Shown here: positions 1 to 15,305 of the stretch, piece by piece | Position numbering within the stretch: the stretch's first letter is position 1 | Layout of the letters: every line of letters starts with the position of its first letter | DNA from: the human T2T-CHM13v2.0 reference genome, Homo sapiens | Direction: 5' to 3' (one strand) | Length of the DNA: 64,000 nt | NCBI RefSeq assembly: GCF_009914755.1 | Contig: NC_060938.1 | Position numbers and translations under genes: made by a program | The notes under the pieces: generated by a model | Databases searched by the model: none | The model's input: the letters and a program-made list of their open reading frames with translations, nothing else | Told to the model about the DNA's origin: nothing

Positions 1-290
1 GTCAGGATAAGAAACTTTCATGGAGTGACAACAAGCAGCTTGCCCTTGAATACAATGAGTTTAAGGTGTCTAGAGGACATCCTACTGGCATTTAAAGCTG
101 TGACTGGAGATTACTATCTATAACTATCTGTATAGAGATAACAATTGAAGAAAAAAGAATGGATAAGGCCTCTGGGAAAGAGGAAGAGAGAAGGAGAAAT
201 GACTTCCAGAATGAAACCCTAGGAAATCTCACTGGGTAAGAAGCACAAACAACTGGAAAGTAAGGAACCAATGGCATGAGAAGTGGACAA
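1..290 (-). mobile_element. Degenerate L2 (LINE2) fragment
   Basis: Patchy similarity to the antisense L2 3' region (tgagtttaaggtgtctagaggacatcc; tttaaagctgtgactggaga). Boundaries approximate. Confidence 0.4.
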
Positions 291-724
291 GATCACCTGT
301 GGAGTCACCCAGGCTTAACAGACATCAGTTTTTTATCAGCATCTTATTTTCTATGGAAACAGTCCCACCTAACTGAAGTTCCATAGCTTTAAGAGAAAGA
401 GAAACATTTTTCCTTAGGTTGCTATGCTTTTCATAACTTTTTATCACTGAGGAGGAGTCATAAATGTCTCCCTGAATGCAAGACTCAGCTTGGTCTCAAG
501 TTCAAAGTCTGAGCTTATGAAACTAATTTATAGAAGCATGTCCCCTGTCTATGCATAAAGACACAGAGATCATTCTCTCTGATCTGCCTTAAGTTTATTA
601 CCAAATAGCAGTGATGATGATGGTGATAACAATAACTAGAGAGACAACGATCTATGTCTCACACGTACCTCTTTTTGCAATCACTGCATGTACTATCCCC
701 TCAGGAAGAAAATATTTCCCATAC

Positions 725-1490
725 TGACAGACAGTACTAGCTGGATTTCCTAGGCCAACGAAGAATTCCTAAGACTAGCTGGGGAAGGTGACCACACCCA
801 CCTTTAAACACAGAGCTTGTAACTCAGCTCACACCTGACCAATCAGGTAGTAAAGAGGGCTCACTAAAATACCAATTAGGCTAAAAGCAGGAGGTAAAGA
901 AACAGTCAAATCACCTATCATCTGAGAGAACAGGGGGAGGGACAATGATTGCGATATAAACCCCAGGCATTGGAGCTGGGAGTGGGAAACCCCCTTTGGG
1001 TCCCCTCCCATTGTATGGGAGCTCTGTTTTTACTCTAGTAAATCTTGCAATCGCACACTCTTCTGGTTCATGTTTGTTCCAGCTCGAGCTGAGCTTTCAC
1101 TCACCTTCCACCACTGCTGTTCGCCACTGTCACAGACAGGCTGTTGACTTCCACCCCTCCAGATCCAGCAGGGTGTCCATTGCGTTTCTGATCCAGTGAG
1201 GCAGCCCACTGCCGCTCCCATTCGGGCTAGAGGCTCGCCATTGTTCCTGTGTGGCTAAGTGCCCGGGGCCATTCTAATCAAGCTGAACACTAGTCGCTGG
1301 GTTCCACAGTTCTCTTCCGTGACCCACGTCTTCTAATAGAGCTATAGCACTCACTGCATGGCCCAAGGTTTCATTCCTTGGAATCCGTGAGGGAAAGAAC
1401 CTCAGGTCAGAGAACAAAAGGCTTGCTGCCCTCTTGGGAGCAGCCTGCCACCATCTTGGGAGCTCTAAGAACAAAGACCCACCCGTAACA
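725..1490 (+). mobile_element. Solo HERV-W LTR (LTR17), full length, 766 bp
   Basis: TG...CA termini. Starts tgacagacagtactagctggatttcctaggcc and ends ccatcttgggagctct...cccgtaaca, matching the HERV-W LTR. TATA-like gatataaa at 953-960. 4-bp TSD atac/ttac with 1 mismatch. Confidence 0.95.
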
Positions 1491-2139
1491 TTACTTTAAC
1501 CTTCTGCCTTTTGATGTGAGGAATATTTTCATATCCTCAAAGTAGAAGCTATAGAATTAAAGGGCATGAAATTCATAAAATTCTTCTCTTCAAGGAAATA
1601 AAATTGTATGTGTCACCCTCAAACTGGCATTGGTAGCCCCTATATGCTACCTCCCTCTCTCCACATATTTAACTTTCTTCCTGACATTAAAATTGATCCT
1701 ATTGCCCGGGCTTCCTGCTATCCTCACTCAGGATTCTACCAATGTCATCCCAGGCCATTTGTTTTCATTGTCCCATTAGCTCTAGCTCTCTGAAGCACTC
1801 AGCCCTCAGCCCCAAATTTTATGCTGAAATAACCATAACTCTTGCCTTTTTTCCTCTGCTATTCTCCTTTTAACCATCAGAAAGAGATCTTTCATTTTAA
1901 TGAGTCTCTTAATCTTATAAATAAGTCTTGCCCAAACCTCATTACCTTTGATCAATTCCTATTTGTGTGATTTTTAAGTTTTACTTTTCTATGTTTACTC
2001 TTTTTTATTCAACTAGAATTTATCGAGCATCTACTTTTATAGAAACTTATTGTTTTTACATCTACTTTTTCCTTTTGAGTCCTCCAACTTTGCTTTGAAA
2101 GAATCACTGCATTTCCACTCTTAGTACAGGCAGTTTAAA

Positions 2140-2455
2140 TAAAGCCCCAAGAATAGAATATGTGACTTGGGCTTAAGGCAATCATAGCATTTCATCATCT
2201 AGAAGCACAGTCATTGACACAGGGATAAGCGAATGAACCAATTCAGGCTTATGAGAGTTGATCGAAGAACCTGTATGGGAGCTGCAAAGACAGCCTCTCT
2301 TTCTTAGGGGCTAGATGCTTTGACGGTAGAAGTCTGAAGTTGTTTGGGGTCACCCCTGGGATTTTCAGGTAAATCAACCAACATATTCCTTTAAAAAAAT
2401 GAATCCAGTTTGAATTGGTTTTCAGTCACTTAAAACCATGCATCCTACTGATGTA
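2140..2455 (+). mobile_element. Old ERVL LTR fragment (LTR16/LTR33-like)
   Basis: 3' end ccagtttgaattggttttcagtcacttaaaacc...tcctactgat resembles LTR16/LTR33 termini. Confidence 0.5.
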
Positions 2456-2729
2456 TATGTTATGGGTCAAGCGCCATCTGGGGTGCTAGACAAATAGAAA
2501 TAAAATAGACATATTCTTGCCCACAAAGAACTCAAAGTGTGGCAGATAAAGAAATCATAAATTATCAAAAAACAAGAAACAGAAGGTGCCTTGGAGACCA
2601 TGGTTTAAAGAACTATTTGAATTATTGTTTTTTCCAGATGAAGAGGATGGGGTGTTCTCACATGCAAAGGAAAAGGGACCATCCATCAAAAATATGTAAA
2701 TAAATAAATCCAAACTAGACAGGAGAATG

Positions 2730-3420
<691 letters not shown>

Positions 3421-4269
3421 AGAAATACTTCTTTAAATATGCTTTTCAAAACTATCTCCCAAATATGCTGATTCCTTCATATTTACTTTCTGTATTTGCA
3501 ATTTAAAAACCTATCACTAGTCATGTTGATCCAGATGCTGCTAGGGTTTTAACAAATCTTACTATGATTCATTATATGAATCCCTTTTCTAGATTTATGC
3601 AAATATAGTAGAAGATGGCTTGAAGTTCAAATGAATATATTTTCTTCTTGGTCCCATATTTCTACAGTGTGATTTTCAAGGTGACTCAATTTTCAATACT
3701 GAAATTTTGAATACTCAGAAAATGACATTTACACCATTAAATCAAACATACATACAAACATCCCCCAAACTCTTGTCTATTAGTGCCAAAATCCCTCCAA
3801 TAAAAACAATAGAGGAATGATCTGATGACTGCCATAGCTGCAGTTGTGTTGAACTCCTGGGTTTGTTTCATTTGAGTTTAATTATTTGTAATGAAACCTC
3901 TCCCTCTGTTTGGCCCTAACTAAGGTGTAGGATCACTTGAACTGTGCTGGCAGGTCTCAACTTGTAAGCACAAGTGGCCTCTTTAGCCCACAGGCATGCT
4001 GCCTTACACCTGGTACAGGCAGATAGAGAGAGATTAGGACCTGTGGGTGTAACTTAGTTGTGTCTGTCAACATCAGTCAATGCCAAGCTGTGGGAACAAT
4101 TGTCAATAATGTAGGATCAGGTCCTGCTCATGAATTAGTTTTTCATCCCATTCAATCACTTTACTAAGTAACTACCCCATACAAGGCACTCAACCAGGTG
4201 TTTGGAGTGATTACACAGATGAGACCAAGTTCCTGCTTAGAGGAATTATTCCCAACGTATACCTTAGAG

Positions 4270-4459
4270 CAGTGGTTCTCAAACTCTAGTTCACATCAGA
4301 ATCACCTGGAGAATTTGTTAGAGACACAGTTTCCTGGGTTCCACCATCAGGATTTCTGATTCAATACAACTGGAGTATGAATCAAGAATTTCCCTTTCTA
4401 ACGTGTTCCCAAGTGATGCTGATGCTGTAAGTTCATGGAACACGTTGTTAGAATCATTG
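4270..4459 (-). mobile_element. MER5A (hAT-Charlie MITE)
   Basis: cagtggttctcaaact...catcagaatcacctgga...gtgatgctgatgctg, about 190 bp. Confidence 0.85.
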
Positions 4460-4692
4460 CATTCAAATGTTTCGGAGGCCCAGGAATCTCTCAGGTTGTT
4501 GGTGTACCTAACAAACAGTCATTCAAAAATTGACTTGAAAGAATTTTTCTTCCACATGTATAGCAATTTTAAAAATATTATTGGCACTATTAATTATAAA
4601 AACAGTCATAATTGATGATACTTAGTGAGTATTCCATGGCAGCACTAACTGCTTTATACACATTGCTTCAGTGAGTCTTCACAGAAACTCAG

Positions 4693-5070
4693 TGCATTAG
4701 TTCCTTCTCACACTGCTATAAGGAACTACCTGAGACTGGGTAATTCACAAAGAAAAGAGTTTTAATTGACTCACAGTTCCACAAGCTGTACAGGAAGCCT
4801 GGCTGGGAAACTTACGATCAAGTCGGAAAGTGAAGGGGAAGCAAGCACATCTTATCATGGTGGAGCAGGAGAGAGCGAGCGAGCGAAGGGGGAGGTGCTA
4901 CACACTTTCAAACAACCAGATCTCGTGAGAACTCACGCACTATCACGAGAACAGCAGAGGGGAAATCCACTACCGTGATTCAATCACCTCCCACCATGCC
5001 CCTCCTCCAACACATGGGGATTACAAGTGGACATGAGATTTCGGTAGGGACACAGAGCCAAACCATATCA
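4693..5070 (-). mobile_element. THE1D-type MaLR solo LTR inserted in a MIR
   Basis: tgcattagttccttctcacactgctataag...gggacacagagccaaaccatatca. Perfect 5-bp TSD ctcag (4688-4692, 5071-5075). MIR-like sequence on both flanks. Confidence 0.9.
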
Positions 5071-5137
5071 CTCAGTTAGGCTGGTATTACGGAGGAGGAA
5101 ACCAAGGATTACAGATGTTAAGAAATTTTCTCTCCAC

Positions 5138-5220
5138 CAAGATTTCTCATTCTAAGCACTTGACATTGTGAGCTGGATAATTCTTTGTTATGGGGCAGGG
5201 GGTTGTCTTGAGCACTGCCC
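5138..5220. mobile_element. MER20 fragment
   Basis: gcacttgacattgtgagctggataattctttgttatgggg matches one end of MER20. Confidence 0.6.
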
Positions 5221-5236
5221 TAGACACATAGCTTAG

Positions 5237-5626
<390 letters not shown>

Positions 5627-7349
5627 ATCCAGAAGCACAGAATTTTAAAGCTGGAAAGAATATTAGAGATGAGCTGCATGAATCCACCCACTTTCAGCTA
5701 GGGAATGCATGGTCCATAGAGGTATTACAGTGCTCTGCCAGGAGCCAGGAGGAATTCACACCAATACACCGACTTCTTCTGCAGTGCACAAACTTTTCCT
5801 TATTTTTCTGCCCCATTTATTCTCAAGAAATATTCCCAGCCCATGTGCACTCATGACAAGTGCGCTTTACTCTCTGCCAGCAAACACTCAAAAAGCAAAT
5901 GGCCTGGCTCCTTCTCATTGCATGCCACAGAATGGATGAGAAAACGTATTGGGACCCCTGGGGAAGTTTTGTAAAAAGGCAGGTCCAAACGAAACAAACT
6001 GATGGGAGACGAAGACACTCATAAACCTGCCCGAGTCTGCATTTCAAGAAGACAGCTCTGTCGGCAAAAATACAGAGTTTGCTCAATATGAAGAAATCTT
6101 GTAATAATATACAATTACAAAACATATAAATGTTAGCAAGTTGAATCACTCATCCAAGTAGTTTTCCTTGTCCAGAGTACAAATTGCAATAATTGGATGA
6201 AGACATCTGCACTATTTTAACCTGTCATGTTAAATATCTGTATTTTGTAACTCATCTTGATAGCTAATTTTCATGGAAGTATGTGTTAATTGAGCAAAAA
6301 AGACATCTTTAAGATGGTTATCATAAGATAATCACACCCTAGGGCATTGTGAGCAAGAGGTACTGCTCTGGATCTGTGATTCTCCAAGGATATGATTATC
6401 ACATGATAGCTGCCTCACCTCCTGGAGTGCTACCTTTCTGGGCTGCCTCCTTCTGACTCAGGTGGCTGGTATCGGCTCCCTCTGCTTCTCACAACATTGC
6501 ACTCTTCCCGGGAGGTTGTTTGGTTTCTCCAAAATAATACCTTAGGGCAAGACACGGTCAGAAAAACATTGTCCTTCAGAATAAGATCACAGGGAAAGTT
6601 AAACTTGTTTTTTTTGGAAAATACACACACACACAAACACACACAGACAGTCACTCTGATCCTGTTTCTGTGACCATCCTTTCCAAACTCCAAATGAACG
6701 CTCTTATTCTGTATGCCTTCATTCCTCCTTAATGCTCAACAAGTCCTTGCCACCCATACCCTCTACGTATGAAGTCTATTCTCTTTTTTAACAAAAACTA
6801 CTTGTTTGATTATTATCTAGCTATTTATCTTTCATACTCCTAGCTGAGTATCATGGGCTTTATTTTCCCCCAAAGACTCTTGCTTAATACAGTACACTTT
6901 TCCTGTTCTAAGAACACGATGCAAGACAATTTAATGCATTAAATCAAATTTATCAACTTGCAATGTTGAAAATGACCCCTATTCAGTTGTGACAATTAAC
7001 TCCCACAACCAGCCAATTTGTACATAAAAGACTACAAGATTATTCAGTTGTATATCCATTCTGAGGAATAGCAACAGATCTCTTCCACTGACAGCAACTC
7101 TAGCCTTAGGAGTTCCAAAATTAACATATAAGCCATAGCAATATTTCTTAAAGGTGGTGCTGCAGAAGTCAATATGGAATGAAAACTACATTTTCTTAAT
7201 TTGTTATTTAAGCCTTTCATTTTACAGAATGAAGAGTTGCTATTATTGTAATGTTTACTTTTGAATACATAAACTGTGAAATAATGGCAAAAACATTTGA
7301 AAAGTAGCCAGAAGATAAGAGGAAAAACTCCCTATTGACTGTATCTCAG

Positions 7350-7352
<3 letters not shown>

Positions 7353-7386
<34 letters not shown>
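7353..7386. repeat. (CA)17 microsatellite
   Basis: Read directly from the sequence. Confidence 0.97.
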
Positions 7387-7390
<4 letters not shown>

Positions 7391-8244
7391 AAGAATGTGA
7401 AGTGCTTTAAGGCTGTTCTTGAAACTCCAGTTAGAACAAGGAAGGAGACTGTCAATCCTCAGTAATGTATAAAGATTTGAGGTTCTGGATGCATTTTCCT
7501 GCTTTGAGTGCATGAAGTTGTCTTTGTTTCAGGTTTCCTTGGCAACCCTTCTCGAAGTGTATACAGGAAGAGCAGGTCCTAAATGGAGTCTGGTCTGAAG
7601 AGGGCCTTTAAAAAAAAAAAAAAAAAAAAGAGTCTAAGTTCCCTATTTTTATTCCAGCAGAAGTGCATCTGCGTAATGAAGAATGCACAAGAAAGGAGAA
7701 CACATCATTTTCCACAATCACAGCTACCTATGTGACAGTGAGATAACAGTGATTTTTGAAAGCCTCTGTTGTTTTTCCGGCTACAAGACATCTAAGGCGG
7801 CATGGACTTCCTAGAAAGTTCTTTTTACAGACCATTTTCATCTCAGAGCTGCCTCAATCGCCAAAGATAAGCGGGAGCTATTTGCGTCTGGTGATGCTCT
7901 AACTCCAAGTGATTTCTCTTCATAGGAAATGTTCATGATGTCACCCTCAAAGATAAAAGCTTGTTGGAATTGTTAACAATTGACTTTCTCATTTATAAAG
8001 GCAATACCTTGCTTAGTCATTTTCTGCGTCTGTGTCCTCTACTTCCTGACCTCCCATTCAGAGCTTGCTTTATGTCTCCCAGATTACTGGCCCTGTTATC
8101 GTACCTAGCGCCAGACCCAGTACCTCTACTCAGACCTTATCCTATGCCACTTCAGTTGATGTCTTTCTTAAAACATTCTTCTGACCTGGCTTTGTGACTG
8201 CTGTTTTCTCTTCTTCCATTTCCTTATTTTGCTCACAGAGTCAG

Positions 8245-8405
8245 GTCTAGAGAAAGGCAATTGGGGCACTTTTCTTGGCACAAAATTTGAGGTGCAAGAA
8301 AACTCGGCAATCAAAATAAGTAATATCTTAATGCAGTATTAACAAGTGAAATTAAATGCAAAAAAAATAAATAACAAAATGTTAAAATTATAAATAAAAA
8401 GGGAT
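8245..8405. mobile_element. hAT-Tip100-type DNA transposon fragment (Arthur1-like)
   Basis: ggcacaaaatttgaggtgcaagaaaactcggcaatcaaaataagtaatatcttaatgc resembles the recalled consensus. Family name uncertain. Confidence 0.4.
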
Positions 8406-8559
8406 TCATGCTGATTTGATCAAGTCAATATTCATTAAAATGCTTTTACTACCCCCTTTCGGGACTCCACCATACCATGCCCAAATTTTAAATTTTGTGT
8501 TGTCATGGTACTTTATTTAGCACTTTTATTACATGTCACCAATCATTATTCATACACAC

Positions 8560-9500
8560 ATACACACACACATATTCATCTTTTCTCTTTCAATTATTGC
8601 TAGTGGTTTTCTCGAATCTTCTCCCCAGATGTGGTATGTAGATAATACATTTTCTTACTTCTTATATATTCTCAAATATTTATATTTGCCCAAACAAGTG
8701 AGGGGTACCTTGATTGGATGTAGGATTCCTGGGTTGCCTTCTTTTACTGTCAGTGTTCTTCAGCTATTATTTTGCTGTCTTCTATCCTCCAGTCTTGTAG
8801 ACGAGAGGTCTGATTGCCAGTTTGATTCTCATTCTTTCTGAAAATAGTTTGTTCCTTCTCTCTGTGAACTTATACAGTTTTCCTTCTATCCTTTGAGCTC
8901 AAGAAGATTATTGGGCTAGGCCTAGGTTGTTTTTTCTTCACAGTCACTCCTGGAACTCAGTGAGCCCTTTCAATCTCTACCTTAAATTTTCTTTCAACAC
9001 AGAGAAATGGTCTTCTATTATTTGTTTAGTTATTGCCTCTTCTCCATTGATTCCTATTTCTCCTTATGAAATTTCTATTGTTTGTATCTTGGGTGCCCTA
9101 TAGCTGTCCTCCAAAATCATTTATCTTTTCCTTCTTATTTTCTTTATCTTCTATTTATATTCTGATGTGGTGTCCCCTACCACCCCACACACTTAATTTT
9201 CCAGGCCACTGATTCAGAATTCAATGGTGACTATCTTCTCCTTCAATTTGTATATTGATCTTTTTCATTCAAAAATTGTGAGATTTTTAGGCCCAAGAAT
9301 TTGAGAGATTTTGTAGTATGTTTGAACCTCGAGTGTCTTGTTAATTTTTGTCTAAGTTGTTCTCTGTCTCCACCAGCAGTTCTATTTTTATTTAGGAGCT
9401 ACATATTCTGGATATTGTTCTTCTATCATTGCTAGATCCCCTAGTTTTCTTCACCAACTTCTGACTCACTCTTAGACCTGAGATTCACCCCTTGGGGTGC
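8560..9500 (-). mobile_element. Ancient L1M/HAL1 ORF1-region remnant
   Basis: T-rich antisense L1-like text (gagaggtctgattgccagtttgattctc; ggaactcagtgagccctttcaatct). Boundaries approximate. Confidence 0.6.
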
Positions 9501-9618
9501 CCTCAATAGAAGTATTCTGCTTCCACAGATCATCTCTAGCAGGAGGTTTGTCAGTTTGCTATCTGGGCATAAGAAAAAAGACCCTCATCCCCCCTGTGAC
9601 TCTCCCCTGCAATCAAGA

Positions 9619-10486
<868 letters not shown>

Positions 10487-10859
10487 CTAACAAAGTGAGG
10501 GTTCTGCCAGCCTCCAGGGTAGAATGCTGGCACTCACCTGCTCAGCCTCCCCTTGACTCCTGAAGCCAGAAAGGCCACTTCCTTCAGGGACTGCTCTTCC
10601 TTGGAAAGAGGTTGAGGGTGCTCCCGAAATGTCCATGGGCTAAGGCCTCTCCCGGATGTGTGCTGTGCTGGTTGCTCACAGCTGAGTGTTCTGCTGCAGT
10701 CCACAGGCCCTCCTTCCAACCAGAGAGCAAAAGGCTTTGTGCTTGCTCTTCCCATCCAACCCTGGTAGAGCTCAGGACCTTGCTCACCCTTCCATATCCT
10801 GCCCGTAGCCAAAAAACTCCTCAGCATCCCAGAGGTGGCTGATACCTAGAGTTGGACAA

Positions 10860-11860
10860 GGAGCATAGTACCTGTTGATTTAAGCTCCGTCTCTCCAGAA
10901 TTGGACATGTTCATTTTCTTCAACCCTTGAAACTTTCCTTTCCTGTTGTCTTTATTTCAGTTAACGTCATTGGAATCTCCTATTGCTCTGGTGCAAAAGG
11001 TTGGTTATTTCTAACTGCTCTCTCTCTTTCTTATCATCCTCTTTTAATTGGCCTACAAGTATTTGTTTTTAAATTGTATCTCTACATTGTCTCTTAAATT
11101 CATTTCCTTATATACATTTCCAGCTGCCACATCATTTTTCAAGCCTTCATTAACCTCCAGCCTAAATTTTTGCATTAGCTTCATAACTGATTTCTCTCCC
11201 TCTAATTTATTCTATATTCTGCTAACAGATACTAAAGCAAAATTGTGACTGGGTCATCCCATTATCTACTGAAATCAAATCATCCAAGCTTTTCTCCCGT
11301 AAATCTTCACAAATTAATCACACACACACATGCACATGCATACATGAGCATGAACACACACACAGACACACACAAAAACACACACACACTCCTTTCCTCC
11401 TAGGACACTTAGAAATTATGGCCTAGCACTTTCCTGAATCCTGGCTAGGTTTATCTTCTTTCTTTTTACTCTCTCCCACTCCATCTCCTCTCCAACTCCT
11501 ATTTTATCCTCTAAGGCCCAACTGGGAAAGATACATCTTTTTCCACAAGGACTTTTCCCTGTCCTTTCTCTGATTTAATACATACCACTCTCATTCTCCT
11601 GCAGCATTTTCTTGAAACCTGTACTATAATTTGCATTTCACTCACTATAACTTGTAAACTCCTTGAAGACAATGATTATGTGTGGCTTACCTTTGCTTCC
11701 TTCCCTACCTGGGGCATAGCAGGCACTTCTTTAGTAGTGAATGGAGTAAAACTGTTCAGATCAACATTTATTTGTCCTCTCCAATGTGCCAAGCAGTGAC
11801 TTAGTACTTGAGATAAAAGATTAAATTAACATAGATGCCATCCTCAGGGGTTCAATATGC
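10860..11860. mobile_element. Scattered L2 fragments with a CA-rich low-complexity patch (about 11320-11390)
   Basis: L2 3' motifs (ttgtaaactccttgaagacaatgattatgt; tcaacatttatt...aatgtgccaagca). Confidence 0.5.
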
Positions 11861-14682
11861 CAAGTTCTGTATTTCATCTAAATAACCTGATGTGCATCAA
11901 TGTATGTATACATGTGCATCTACATGCAGACATCCTCTGGAAAGTGCTGCCTGATGGTTTTGCCTGCTTCCCCATCTGCTGCTGAGAGTAAATGTTATAC
12001 CAGGTCTAGAGATCACTTCAGGACAGAGGTAGTTGATGCAGGGAAAATTAAGATTCAAGACAACGTTGAGACTGTATATCAGGTAAGCAACACAATTCAA
12101 GTCAGAGAGATTTTGGAAGGATAGTTAACATTGGAAACTTCACATTTCTGCATTGGCCAGCAGTTGGTGGTTTTCTTGTCTGTCTTAGCCCTCACAAATC
12201 CCAACAGAGTATGCTCCAACACAAGCCCTCCTGTGCCTGGCTTCCCTGCCCACGTTTCCAGGCAATGGTCAATGTTTCTTTTATAGAGATATTGAGAAAT
12301 TAAGGATGTCTTGGGTTCAATGCCAATCTCCCCATCAGTTCCCATCTGTACCCTGATTCACAATCTTTCGCTCTATATCCATGGGTGGTATCCAGGTGCA
12401 TAGGATGCACCTCTCTGTGGATTATCATTGTATTTCCTCTGAGTCGGCAGGCTCACTGAGAGTCTATAACAGTTACTGATTCTGGCCTGACAAAACCATG
12501 CATATAATGAGACAGACAGGCCACAACCATTTAGTTTCTGAGAGCTCAGGTGAAATTTAAGACTTTGAAGAAGTTGGAGTCAAGATAAAATACCCTCTTA
12601 CTGATACTGTTGACAAACTATAAGCCTGGATACTACTCACTTCTGACTCAATATAGGAGTGTTATATTAGGGCTTGTCCAAAAAGGAAGAGTGTGGAGGT
12701 AATAAATTGCTGCCCAAGAAGAGTTAATGATGAGCTGAGTTCTACATTACAGGGTATGAGTTAAAATCATTTCCTGCTGAACCATTTGATTTGGTGCAAA
12801 ATATTTAACTTCTCTGGTCGCAGTGTCCCATTTGATAAGGCAAAGGACTAGAACTACCGACTCTTTATTTATATAGAGCAAGAGGCTATGGTTCAAAAAT
12901 ATTTTCCAGAATTAGAGTAGTTAAATATAAGTCTTCTGAGGACAATAGAAGGGGAAGACAAAGTCAAAACTTGGGAGATTTGAGAGGCACTAATCTACAA
13001 AGTGGCTTGTTAACCATCCAGTTGCAGGAGACAGAATTCTGGATTCCTTTCTTTACCATCTGCTGCCTGGTGCACCAGGCTGTTTTTGTGAACATACATT
13101 GATTATTCCCCTAAATTTACTCAAGCGGATATGATAGAAAATTATTCCAAAAGTACCATGACTGCATTTGTCAAGGAAGAAATGGGTTAATGTTAGGAAG
13201 CCAGTGACTCTTTTGAATTCCAGTGTCTAAATGGCTATTGTTCCTCTCAGCATAGAATTTTCTAGAAGACAAAACACATACTAAAGCTCTAACAAGAAAA
13301 TATCCATTAAAGATACAAAGAGACTGGGGCTCCACTAATGTAATATAAAAATTCAACGTGCAAGTAAGATGCCAGAGTTGGATTGATTGCTGTGTACAAC
13401 AGTGACATGAGTATAAAGACTCCCTAAGGTTAAATTGGGCTCCTGCATTGAAATTCTAATTAGAAATATGAGTGCCCCAACTCTGTGAAAAGTACATGTG
13501 TGTTTAATTATTCTCCTTTTCACCTTATCTCTTCCATTACTTTATACCCTTTTCCCTCCTCCTTTCTCACTGTTTTCAAGAAACCCATGCTCCTCGCTTA
13601 ATCTAAGTGCAGGCCTTCCTTTAAGCTGGCATTAATTGACAAGCAGTGTTTAATTATTATTTTTCATGTCTGAAGAGGGCTAATATTAACTCTCCATGAG
13701 CCCAAAGGTGACCTCAGCCCCCTTGTTTCTGGTGGCACCACTCTGCCTTCATCACTGGCATTTCTTTAGTCAGAGAGACATGCCACATGCTCTTCTTCAT
13801 TTTAATGGTCTATACCTATATTTGTGCTAATCGAGGCTGCTGGGTGCCTCACTTATCTTCTAGCATTGCACGTGAAAAACTGGCACCTTGGACAACTGAA
13901 GATTAAGTCATGTCTACAGGACCCAAGAAGTATATATGTGTATTTTAAAGTAGCTTTGATGACTGTCGACCTCGAGTCTTCTTAAGGCCAGGAATGTACC
14001 TTGTGAGATTGGCATCCTCAGCTGACACCCAGCACCTGATATTGCTCCATGTTTGATTGACTAATAGCTATATCTAAAAGGACCTGCAAACCACATGTTT
14101 ATACATTGGTGCCCTGGATTAAGACTGGGAACTCACATATTGCCTTAATCCTGACGATCTGGCTTTTCCCTAAATTCATCAATCACCAGAAATCTAGCTA
14201 GTCCACCTGCCTAATCAAGTTTCCAAATCAAAGCTGGAGAAGCCCTGTTGACATTAAGTGTGAGATAATCTGCTTTTCAAAAAGAGGTTTTATTCAGTCT
14301 TCTTTATCACTATATGTGTACCATGAACCTCAAGGATAAATTTATTCAGCAGATTTTCTAACTTAGAAACTAAAAGGCAAAGAAGCTCATGGCCTGAAAT
14401 CTGAGCCTTTTTCTAAACACTTCTTAAGTTACAATGGGACCTGAAATGCCAAAGAGAAATGAAAGTTACCCCGGTAAGTCAGAAGTCAAATCCAGTAAGG
14501 ACAGTTAAAGTAGAAAAGTGTCAAGGATTAAGACACAAGGGACGAGTAGGTCCTCTTTCCAAGATCAACAGGTGCTAAGCCCAGGAAATTCAGGTCAAAA
14601 ACATGTTAGCTTCAGAAGTTGGTGTTGTCAGGCACAGCCATATGTCCCCAGAGTCTCAGGGTTTTAGGTGGTCCTTAGAAGT

Positions 14683-14890
14683 AACATGGCAAGTGGAAAG
14701 AGCACAAGGTCTAGAGTCCACAAACCCTGCACAGCAATCCTGATTCCATTATACAATCTTAGGCAGAACGTATCTTTAAAGTTATTATATTAAAGAGCTT
14801 TCTCATGCGATTATTGTGGAGGATTAAATGAGATGATACATACGAACGCACTTTGAAGATTTTCAGTTGCTTTATAAATTTTAATTATTA
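14683..14890 (+). mobile_element. MIR
   Basis: gtggaaagagcac...ttgtggaggattaaatgagatgataca. Confidence 0.65.
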
Positions 14891-15305
14891 TTCACTTGGG
14901 ACACGCATTTCCTTACAAGTACTGGAAAATAAGAGTTCAACTGGTACTGTGGTTCAGACAGATATAGATTTGATAGGATTTTTCCCCCATTAGTTAGTTC
15001 TGCCATCTATGGAACATACAAAAAGAAACAACAAACTTTGGAAAACAAGCCATTCGTAAACCAGGAACTGCCCGCGTATGCGTTGTGATTGAAAGCCTTC
15101 AAACTATTAATGCCCATAAGGGGCAAGAATTTGGAAGGGATCCTATGTCGAACATTCTTCTTTCAATCTAGATCTATTAACTTGCACTATTAGTCATGAA
15201 GTAAATAAATCACGGACTCAAATTTATCTCTGCCAGTCTCCACAAATACCCGCTTGTATGCTAATTATCAAAGAAAATAGTAATTGTAATTCAAAAAAAA
15301 TCCAT

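Noticed and set aside
12393-12411. Short 7-8 bp hairpins (also near 43915, 54050, 56420, 59175)
   Set aside because: Expected by chance in AT-rich DNA, with no supporting context.
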